Virus record (IMG/VR): IMGVR_UViG_3300050505_000145
Coordinates: 1-53,265 of that record
Reading direction: 5' to 3' (one strand)
From: a virus
Taxonomy: Duplodnaviria > Caudoviricetes
Length of the DNA stretch: 53,265 nt
Part shown: positions 45,974 through 53,265 of the stretch, one piece after another
Layout of the letters: the number at the start of each line of letters is the position of its first letter
How positions within the stretch are numbered: position 1 is the first letter of the stretch
The notes under the pieces: model-generated
Databases searched by the model: none
Told to the model about the DNA's origin: nothing
Seen by the model: only the letters and a program-made list of their open reading frames with translations
Translations under genes and position numbers: made by a program

Positions 45974-46800
45974 AATTCTTCGCAACCGCACGCGAACGAT
46001 ATCAGATCAAACTGAGACGTGAACAAGGATTTCCTTGGCCATGGACCAAGGATGGTGTATTTCAGGAATATCGTTTCTGCAACGTTCATCGTGAAGACGA
46101 CAAAACAACCGTCTGGTTCCGCGACAACGTGCGATTTCCTCTCTGCGTTCAACGCAATTATCTGAAGATCGTCGAAGCAACTGTCATCTTTCGTTGGTTT
46201 AATCGTATCGAAACTGGTGAAGTTATTCGAGATTTGTTGCTGAACGGATGGAACCAAGACGAAGCGAATCGACGTCTCGCTCATGTCAAGCCATTGGTCA
46301 CTGGCGCATACATGATCAAGACGTTGACCGGAAAGAACAAGCTTGATGGAATCCTCGAATGTGTTCGAGTGGCCAGAATCCTTCTACCAGACATGGTCAA
46401 GCTCTGGGGAAACTCACTTCGTCGTGCGTGGATGGATCTTCAGGATATTCCATATCTTGGACCATTCATGGCATACGAAGTGGTGACTGATTTGCGATGG
46501 ACTCCGATGTTGGAGGATGCAGTCGATATCATGAGTTGGGCCAATCTTGGTCCTGGTGCAACTCATGGTATGGGTCGCATTCTTCGTGACGACTCACGAG
46601 CATTTCATCGTGGTTCACAAACTGACCAATGTGAGATGCTGAAAGAATGCGAGAATCTGTTAGCCATGAGTCAGAATCCACACTATTGGCCAGCAGATTG
46701 GAAACAATGGGAGATGCGCGAAGTCGAACATTGGCTTTGTGAATACGACAAGTACAGTCGTGGTGCGCAAGGTCAGAGACTGAAGCGTCGGTATCTCTAA
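45949..46800 (+). CDS. 5-hmdU DNA kinase helical domain (aGPT-Pplase1 family)
   Basis: PWTKD...YRFCNVHREDD, FRWFN, GPFMAYEVVTDL, GPGA, EHWLCEYDKY. Confidence 0.88.
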   Translation: MAVDDQRLKFFATARERYQIKLRREQGFPWPWTKDGVFQEYRFCNVHREDDKTTVWFRDNVRFPLCVQRNYLKIVEATVIFRWFNRIETGEVIRDLLLNGWNQDEANRRLAHVKPLVTGAYMIKTLTGKNKLDGILECVRVARILLPDMVKLWGNSLRRAWMDLQDIPYLGPFMAYEVVTDLRWTPMLEDAVDIMSWANLGPGATHGMGRILRDDSRAFHRGSQTDQCEMLKECENLLAMSQNPHYWPADWKQWEMREVEHWLCEYDKYSRGAQGQRLKRRYL

Positions 46801-47039
46801 TGTTCAAAGTCGGCGACCGCGTCATCAAATCCACGTGGGATGAACTGCGTCCTTTCAAACGTGGGAAAATCAATCGTGTCTATTCATCTACACCATCTGG
46901 CACTGGACAGAAATTCATCATGTATTCGGTAATGTGGGATGGTGAAACCACAGAAGATCACGGTTACATTGAAGGTGGTCAACTGAAACCAGAACCACCA
47001 ATCTTGGCATCACCATTCTTTCCGGAGACACGATCATGA
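46800..47039 (+). CDS. small SH3-like hypothetical protein
   Basis: MFKVGDRV...YSVMWD; chained overlaps. Confidence 0.65.
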   Translation: MFKVGDRVIKSTWDELRPFKRGKINRVYSSTPSGTGQKFIMYSVMWDGETTEDHGYIEGGQLKPEPPILASPFFPETRS

Positions 47040-48133
47040 TCGTTCGTGAAATTCCACAGATGGTAGTGATTGATGCACGCAATGTGCACGAAGTATTGCC
47101 AATTGCTGTCAGTCACCTGATCTTACATGGTGACGAACGCGATAGTCGGAACGGAAAAGTCATCCTCACTCCATATCCAGTCACGACAATCTATCGGAAA
47201 CCACTCGAACGCGTGCTGTTCTGGCCAGAACGCGACGCCAATCCGTTCTTTCATCTCTATGAAAGTCTGTGGATGTTGAACGGACGCAATGATGCTGGAT
47301 CCGTCGCTCGCTATGCAAAGAACATGATCAACTACAGCGACGACGGAAAAACCATCCACGATGCGTATGGCTACCGATGGCGTAAGTGGTTCGAATTCGA
47401 TCAACTTGAACCGATTGCTGAAGAACTTCGCGTCCATCGCGATAGTCGTCGTTGTGTGCTCCAGATGTGGGATCCCACATCTGATCTCGGCAAGAATGGC
47501 AAAGCATTTCCGTGCAATCTCTGCCTAACATTTCAACGTGATCAAGAAGGTCGGCTCGACATGACTCTGTTCTGTCGATCCAACGATATCATCTGGGGAG
47601 CGTATGGCGCCAACGCTGTACACTTCTCAGTTCTCCTCGAATATATGGCAATCTGGATCGGCTGCCCAGTCGGTGTCTTCCGTCAGATTTCAGTAAACTG
47701 GCACGCATATCTTGAATCATTTGACCAAGTCAAGTCATTGACAGATGGTATTGGATCACCGAATCCATACGATGGGCAAGTTCAGCATCTGCCGATGATT
47801 CTACCGATGTCAACATTTGAGCATCCGTCGGCAACTATCCGACGACTGGATGATCAGATTACCGAAATCTTACTGCAAGCGGACACGCATTTCGGGCTCG
47901 AGCGAATTAGACCACGAAATCCGAATCCGTGGCAGGAAATGGTCTTGAAAGTGCTGCAAGCCCATGAAGCATGGAAAGAGTTACCAGCTCCAGAGCGATT
48001 CACGCAAGCACTCCTCGAATTGAATGCTGCTGGTCATGCAGCAGACAGACCAGTTGATTGGGTATTCGCAGCCAACGAATGGATTCTTCGTCGTCAGAAG
48101 ATCTGGGAAGAGAAGGTCAAACGTGCGAATTGA
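47036..48133 (+). CDS. thymidylate synthase homologue, probable dUMP hydroxymethylase
   Basis: SRNG, RDANPFFH..E, AYGYRW, PCN, RSNDIIWGAYGANAVHF; context. Confidence 0.85.
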   Translation: MIVREIPQMVVIDARNVHEVLPIAVSHLILHGDERDSRNGKVILTPYPVTTIYRKPLERVLFWPERDANPFFHLYESLWMLNGRNDAGSVARYAKNMINYSDDGKTIHDAYGYRWRKWFEFDQLEPIAEELRVHRDSRRCVLQMWDPTSDLGKNGKAFPCNLCLTFQRDQEGRLDMTLFCRSNDIIWGAYGANAVHFSVLLEYMAIWIGCPVGVFRQISVNWHAYLESFDQVKSLTDGIGSPNPYDGQVQHLPMILPMSTFEHPSATIRRLDDQITEILLQADTHFGLERIRPRNPNPWQEMVLKVLQAHEAWKELPAPERFTQALLELNAAGHAADRPVDWVFAANEWILRRQKIWEEKVKRAN

Positions 48134-48335
48134 AACAGTGAAGGAAATCAGTCTCAATCTCCGTCGCATTGCACGTGATGTTGAGCAGACTGCAGTTGGC
48201 AGCAGTCGTGTGAGAATGTACAACGAACTCGCCGAAGCGATCCGAAACGAAGCTGACAAAGTTGACATGATCGCCAACTTTGTTGGATCCGCACAATTTC
48301 GTGTGACCAAAGATGGAGATCCGAACAAAAGCTGA
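48123..48335 (+). CDS. hypothetical protein
   Basis: GTG start after AAGG; fills the gap. Confidence 0.55.
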   Translation: MRIETVKEISLNLRRIARDVEQTAVGSSRVRMYNELAEAIRNEADKVDMIANFVGSAQFRVTKDGDPNKS

Positions 48336-48858
48336 ATTCTTCGACCTCTGGCATCGAGGAGTTCTCGGCAACCGAACACGACTAACCCAAGATCCTGATA
48401 TCGCTTGGTCATGGGAAGTTCCCGAATATGGATTTCGTATGGCACAACGTGGTGGCGGTGGTGGAATGTGGCGAGGTGTTACACGAGATATATTCTGGAC
48501 TGAAGTCCATTTGTGGGATTCACTTCACGGACTAGGCAATTATTTCATCGATGATCGCGTTCCTGATTCACATCAAACGATTCAAGGCGAGGTGTGTCGA
48601 ACATTTCGTGGTCTTGAAGGCTTTATTGGCGCTAGTCATTTTCCTATGCGTGTGGCGATGTCACAAGGCATACTCAAACCACGTTCACCAGTCGAAACGT
48701 TCGTTCTACTCAACTCGTTCATGGATCCTCCATCACGTGATGATCTGGACGCACTCCTTGATCTCTTTCCTGATGCGACAATAGAATTTACGTGTTTTGA
48801 TTGTCCAGTTGGTGTCCTTCGTCGAAACACCATCTTCTGGGAAACGAGGAACTACTGA
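48313..48858 (+). CDS. hypothetical protein
   Basis: Long ORF within the operon. Confidence 0.7.
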   Translation: MEIRTKAEFFDLWHRGVLGNRTRLTQDPDIAWSWEVPEYGFRMAQRGGGGGMWRGVTRDIFWTEVHLWDSLHGLGNYFIDDRVPDSHQTIQGEVCRTFRGLEGFIGASHFPMRVAMSQGILKPRSPVETFVLLNSFMDPPSRDDLDALLDLFPDATIEFTCFDCPVGVLRRNTIFWETRNY

Positions 48859-48971
48859 TGCTACGATTCATTCTGTGGCTCTCACGCAAATGGCACGACT
48901 GGAAGGATATGCGAATGTCTGATAGTCTGCCAATCCGTTCGGAGTGGCGAGAATATCCACCACACCGATGA
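48858..48971 (+). CDS. 37-aa ORF (MLRFILWLSRKWHDWK...)
   Basis: Not in ORF track; GAGG SD, TGATG coupling. Confidence 0.45.
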   Translation: MLRFILWLSRKWHDWKDMRMSDSLPIRSEWREYPPHR

Positions 48972-49108
48972 CTGAACCAGGATGGTGGGCATTTCTTGCG
49001 TATCGACGTTGGCCACACGTTGAACGCTGGATGGATGTGAGAACAGGACAGATTGTAGAATTCATCCGACTGATGCCGCATCGATATGCGAATCCACGAC
49101 ATTCTTGA
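48968..49108 (+). CDS. 46-aa ORF (MTEPGWWAFLAYRRW...)
   Basis: Not in ORF track; ATGA coupling. Confidence 0.4.
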   Translation: MTEPGWWAFLAYRRWPHVERWMDVRTGQIVEFIRLMPHRYANPRHS

Positions 49109-49868
49109 ACTGACTCGACCTCTCATCGCTGTCGATGTTGAGACCACACTCCGAACTCATCGGATTGTGGAACTCGGTTTTGTGGTCGAGTATCCAGACA
49201 AACGGAAACCAAAGGAATGGTGTTCCTACATCAATCCTGGTGAACCGATTGAGCCAGGAGCAACAGAGATTCACGGCATCAATGATGAGATGGTGGCGAA
49301 AGCTCCACGATTTCATCAGATTGCTGCGAATCTAGCAACAGGATTCCAGAATTGTGACTACTGCGGTTACAACATCGTCTTCGACATGGATGTGATTCAG
49401 GACGAGATGGATCGTTCTGGAGTGCGTTGGTCGTTCGACGGTGCCCGACTCCTCGATTCCTACAAATTATGGGGAGTCGCAAAGAAACGACGATTGGTGG
49501 ATGCGGTTGAAGAATATCTTGGCCGAAAGCCAACAGATCAGCATCGAGCGGCTGGTGATGCCAAAGATGCACTTGAAGTCGCAATTGCGCAACTCCAACG
49601 TCATCCTGATGTGCTTCCTGCCGATCTGCAACTTCTGCACGACATGTGTTTCAACAAGAATTCTAATCGTATCGACAAGAAAGGCAAGTTCCTCTGGAAA
49701 GATGGTCGTTGCGTGATGGGATTCGGAAAGCACAAGGAGATCTGGATCGAGAAAGTGCTCGAAAGAGATCGTGGATATCTGGAGTGGATTGTCCGCGATG
49801 ATGGATTTCTATCTGATGCGAAGAAGATTGCATCAGATGCTCTTCATGGAGTTTTCCCAACCAAATGA
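49086..49868 (+). CDS. DEDDh 3'-5' exonuclease (DnaQ-like) with C-terminal FGKH domain
   Basis: DVETT, YNIVFD, HRAAGDA; FGKHK...YLEW. Confidence 0.9.
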   Translation: MRIHDILELTRPLIAVDVETTLRTHRIVELGFVVEYPDKRKPKEWCSYINPGEPIEPGATEIHGINDEMVAKAPRFHQIAANLATGFQNCDYCGYNIVFDMDVIQDEMDRSGVRWSFDGARLLDSYKLWGVAKKRRLVDAVEEYLGRKPTDQHRAAGDAKDALEVAIAQLQRHPDVLPADLQLLHDMCFNKNSNRIDKKGKFLWKDGRCVMGFGKHKEIWIEKVLERDRGYLEWIVRDDGFLSDAKKIASDALHGVFPTK

Positions 49869-49874
49869 GGAATT

Positions 49875-50096
49875 ATGTTTTCAGTTCGACAGAAGCGTGA
49901 GATTGCTGACGCAGTTCAACGGATTCTACGTGAGACAAACCATCCTGAGTTACCAACTGGTGAGATTCAGTTCCTACTTCGTGTCGAAGGCGCTGAATCA
50001 TGGTCATGGGCAGAAATCCGAAACAATGGTGCAGTCATCACACCAGATGTGAATTTGTGGAACGAACTACAAGATAAACCGAACTCACATGAATGA
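49875..50096 (+). CDS. hypothetical protein
   Basis: GAGG SD. Confidence 0.7.
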   Translation: MFSVRQKREIADAVQRILRETNHPELPTGEIQFLLRVEGAESWSWAEIRNNGAVITPDVNLWNELQDKPNSHE

Positions 50097-51753
50097 CGAA
50101 CTCGTAGTCCCCGCCAAGAAAGTCCAAGACACTCCTGAAACTCTACTCCTCCGAGAGAAATTTCATCTTGAGCGATGCCGATTCCGACCATGGGCTCACC
50201 AAGTCATCGGAATCAAGAAATTGCTCGAGAATCCATATTTCGCACTCTTCGATGAGATGGGTGCCGGCAAGACACTTCAAGTTATCGCAGCTGCACAGCT
50301 CTTATTCCTCGCGAGGATAATTGATCATGTTATAGTTGTCGCACCAGCAGCAACTCGTCTCGTGTGGTACGATCCTGAACTTGGTGAGCTCGCGAAACAT
50401 CTCTGGGAAGAACTCCCGAGTCAGATCACTCTCTATCACGGCAAATGGCGAACATGGAAATGGATTCCGCAGTTCGCCAATCGTCGTCTCTATTGGACAA
50501 TCACCAATTACGAATATCTTCGGAACAAGAAACACCTCGAACCTCTTGTTCCGTTGATGAAACGATCAACTCTGCTCGTTCTCGACGAATCAACAGCCAT
50601 CAAAAGCAGTAAGTCTCTGCAGACCAAAGGAGTCCGCACGATCCGAAAGAAAGTGGGTCGAGTGATTCTCCTGAATGGAACACCAATCGCCAACTCACCG
50701 ATGGATATGTTCAGTCAGGGTAACATGATGCATCCGGACATCCTTGACTGTCCAACCAAGGAGATGTTTCGTGGACGATATCAGATGCGAACATCGAAAG
50801 AAACTCGCGATGGTCACATCTACAAGATCAATCTCGGATGGCAGAACATAGAGGATCTACAGCAACGATTTGCGCCATACGTGCTTCGTCGTCTGAAAGA
50901 GAACTGCGTCGATCTTCCGCCAAAGCTCCCTCCAGTGGTGATTCCGGTTACACTCTCGCCAGCAACATGGAAACGCTACAAGGAGATGAAAGATGAAATG
51001 GTTCTCTGGCTGAAGAGTCCAGAAGCAGTTTCGGCGGCAGCGCAAGCAGTCGTGAAAGCCATGCGTCTGTCGCAGATCACATCAGGATTTATCGGAGGTC
51101 TTGAAGAATCACCACTCCAAGATGAAATCCAGGAAGAAATGAAAGATGAAACCCGACCGGATTTCATCCCATTCACTGAAAGGTCACGAAGACCAGTAGA
51201 TCCTGTCCGTGAACTGAGTTCTGAGAAACAGGATGTGTTCATCGAGTGGCTGAAGATCCGTCTTGAAGAAGATTCTGCATTCAAAGCACTCGTTCGCATC
51301 CGATTCCGTCCTGAACTTGCTCGAGCCGCTGCGAAGCTCCGAGATGAGTTCCCAAATCTTGATGTTGGTGAACTCCGTGGCGGTCTTGAAAAACGTGAAG
51401 CAGTTCGATTGCTACATCCCATGACTGCTGATAAAACACGACCAGCAGTCGTGCTCGCAACATCAGCAGGTGCTTTTGGTTACAACTTTACTGGCTCTCA
51501 TACAATCGTCAAGATGTCACGCGACTACAGCTATTTCATCGAGAAACAATTCGATGATCGCGTTCATCGTGAAGGTCAGATTCACGCAGTCAGTTACTTC
51601 CACATGATTGCTGAAGGACCGAATGGTCAACGCACCATCGATCACATCATCGACAAAGCACAACGACGAAAAGAAGAGATCGCGACATGGACAACGAATG
51701 CATGGATCCAAGAATTGGAGGATGAATCTCCGAAAGAATCACAAAGTTCGTGA
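50089..51753 (+). CDS. SNF2-family helicase
   Basis: DEMGAGKT, LDEST, NGTPIAN, RRLK...DLPPK, DRVHREGQ. Confidence 0.9.
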   Translation: MNDELVVPAKKVQDTPETLLLREKFHLERCRFRPWAHQVIGIKKLLENPYFALFDEMGAGKTLQVIAAAQLLFLARIIDHVIVVAPAATRLVWYDPELGELAKHLWEELPSQITLYHGKWRTWKWIPQFANRRLYWTITNYEYLRNKKHLEPLVPLMKRSTLLVLDESTAIKSSKSLQTKGVRTIRKKVGRVILLNGTPIANSPMDMFSQGNMMHPDILDCPTKEMFRGRYQMRTSKETRDGHIYKINLGWQNIEDLQQRFAPYVLRRLKENCVDLPPKLPPVVIPVTLSPATWKRYKEMKDEMVLWLKSPEAVSAAAQAVVKAMRLSQITSGFIGGLEESPLQDEIQEEMKDETRPDFIPFTERSRRPVDPVRELSSEKQDVFIEWLKIRLEEDSAFKALVRIRFRPELARAAAKLRDEFPNLDVGELRGGLEKREAVRLLHPMTADKTRPAVVLATSAGAFGYNFTGSHTIVKMSRDYSYFIEKQFDDRVHREGQIHAVSYFHMIAEGPNGQRTIDHIIDKAQRRKEEIATWTTNAWIQELEDESPKESQSS

Positions 51754-51766
51754 TAGCGTTCAGAAC

Positions 51767-51783
51767 GATTTCGTAGTATACTT
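51767..51783 (+). promoter_or_regulatory. phage promoter motif copy
   Basis: GATTTCGTAGTATACTT identical to 4218-4234; intergenic. Confidence 0.65.
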
Positions 51784-51853
51784 AGTCGTTGAGTTTTCGG
51801 CGAGGTTCGCCGACTCACCCAGCCAACCGAAGAGTCTGGCAGGAGCGTGTGAC

Positions 51854-52420
51854 GTGGGTAAGTACGATCATCTGACCCTCCCTCGTCTTCAAGCAGTTCC
51901 CGACTTCGAAGATTCCACCAAACACGAACGCGTCAAAGCAGTTAAGCAGAAGATCGTCAAGAAAGAAATCGGTGTTGACGATCTTGTCAAGGCAATCCAC
52001 AATCTTGGCGAGATGACGAAAATGCTGAATCGCGGTTCGGTGATTCAAGCCTACAGCTTGGCTGCCGAATACTCGAAGACTCGCTACATCAAGGATGCTC
52101 TCAAGGGTGTCCTGAAAGAGATCAACGACCATGTTGAAGCCTACAAGCAATTGCTTGTTGACCAATACGAGGTCGAGGCAACGAAATCTCTCAAGCTCGC
52201 CACCGACGACACCATCCGCATCCAGTATGAACCATGGCTCTCAGTCGATGAGAAGTCAGAGTTCCGGAAGTGGTGCGTTCGTCATGGCTATGAGCAGCAA
52301 CTCGCGCTTCCGTGGCCAACAGCAAACTCTATTGCGAAAGATCTGCTACTCTCGGGACAGAACGAACCTGACGGAACTCGTGCTTACATGATCACGAAAG
52401 TGGTCTTCACGAAAGGATGA
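51854..52420 (+). CDS. conserved phage replication-module protein
   Basis: Start revised to GTG 51854 (AGGAG SD). Confidence 0.7.
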   Translation: MGKYDHLTLPRLQAVPDFEDSTKHERVKAVKQKIVKKEIGVDDLVKAIHNLGEMTKMLNRGSVIQAYSLAAEYSKTRYIKDALKGVLKEINDHVEAYKQLLVDQYEVEATKSLKLATDDTIRIQYEPWLSVDEKSEFRKWCVRHGYEQQLALPWPTANSIAKDLLLSGQNEPDGTRAYMITKVVFTKG

Positions 52421-53217
52421 ACATGGCCGACGATCCGAAGCCAGATGCTCTGATGGAACTCCCGACCGTCTCGATGGCGCGACCGAGTTTCATCCCTCAC
52501 ACACACGAAGGAACGGAGGAAATTGACGCGAACGAGATTCGTCTCCCACGGCTTGCCATCGCTCAGAGCGTGTCTCCGGAGATGATTCCGGACTCTTCAA
52601 GTTACATCGAAGGTCTGAAGCTCTACGATCTGTTCAACGATCTCACCCAGGAGATCTACGGACGTGGTCCCATCACTTTCATCCCCGCTCGACGCGACGT
52701 CGTTCGCATTGAGTTCATTCCGAGGAAAGAGGGTGGTGGCGTCCGGGATTTCAACGTTCCCGTCGGTGATCCTCGGAACGATTGGTCTACCGATCCAGAA
52801 ACTGGTGAACGCAAGAAGCCGAAGGCGACGAAGTTCGTTGAATTCGTGATCCAGATGTTCCGCAAAGGCGTCAATCCGATGCCAATCGTGCTGTCCATCA
52901 AATGCACAAACAAGTTCGCGAGTCGTGCTGCGGATCGTCTGACTGGCTTCATCAAGTTCAGCGATGCGCCGATCTACTCAGGTGTCTACACTGTTGAAGC
53001 CAAGAGCGAGAAGTCTGATTCTGGTCCGTATGGCGTCTACGTCATCAAGCGTGCCGGATTCGTCCAAGACAAGAATCTCCTCGACTACATGGCAGTCTTC
53101 CACGAGAATCTCAAGGGTAAGCAGATCGTGGTCGACCGCGACGAAAGCATGGACGACGCATCCGACGACGCGACGTTCGATGTGGATCACGATACCGACG
53201 AAGTCAAGATGGCGTGA
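52417..53217 (+). CDS. putative ssDNA-binding protein
   Basis: GTEEI...IRLPRLAIAQ..SPE N-terminus, acidic C-terminal tail, position near helicase. Confidence 0.55.
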   Translation: MNMADDPKPDALMELPTVSMARPSFIPHTHEGTEEIDANEIRLPRLAIAQSVSPEMIPDSSSYIEGLKLYDLFNDLTQEIYGRGPITFIPARRDVVRIEFIPRKEGGGVRDFNVPVGDPRNDWSTDPETGERKKPKATKFVEFVIQMFRKGVNPMPIVLSIKCTNKFASRAADRLTGFIKFSDAPIYSGVYTVEAKSEKSDSGPYGVYVIKRAGFVQDKNLLDYMAVFHENLKGKQIVVDRDESMDDASDDATFDVDHDTDEVKMA

Positions 53218-53265
53218 AGATCGTCCGTCCATGTCTACGAACCTGCGTTGGTCAACTCCAACGAC

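Noticed and set aside
47036-48133. Ordinary ThyA
   Set aside because: The RDANPFF and WGAYGAN motifs and the adjacent 5-hmdU kinase genes favour a hydroxymethylase
1-53265. tRNA, rRNA, integrase, reverse transcriptase/DGR, intron or intein
   Set aside because: None recognised by eye; large genes have normal lengths; a tRNAscan or Rfam run is needed to exclude small RNAs

Overview
Most of a tailed dsDNA phage genome (siphovirus-like; no integrase or repressor seen; genes run off both ends). Layout: (1) 1-1930, a leftward early-type operon of small genes with a ~430-nt structured leader, punctuated by three type I hammerhead ribozymes whose 3' stem-I strand is the Shine-Dalgarno of the next gene; (2) 2550-5690, a small rightward operon ending in a SWIM-finger/ATP-dependent DNA ligase; (3) 5686-32731, a leftward late region with terminase, portal, an inserted lysis/envelope block, DUF2213-type protease/scaffold, major capsid, head-tail joining, tail tube, -1 frameshift chaperones, tape measure, a large IPT/TIG tail protein and a second lysis-like block; (4) 32740-35720, candidate origin repeats, HNH-like gene and primase-polymerase/VirE helicase; (5) 35938-53265, a rightward replication region with family A polymerase, a thymidine-hypermodification cluster (dUMP hydroxymethylase, split 5-hmdU DNA kinase, amino acid:DNA transferase, radical SAM, phosphatase, TAGT-like glycosyltransferase), cold-shock protein, Tad1-like protein, DnaQ exonuclease and SNF2 helicase. 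The most striking signals are the serial ribozyme-RBS cassettes (possible RNA-only operon processing or circular mRNAs) and the unusual DNA-modification gene set. All protein calls come from motif recognition by eye; no database searches or folding programs were run.
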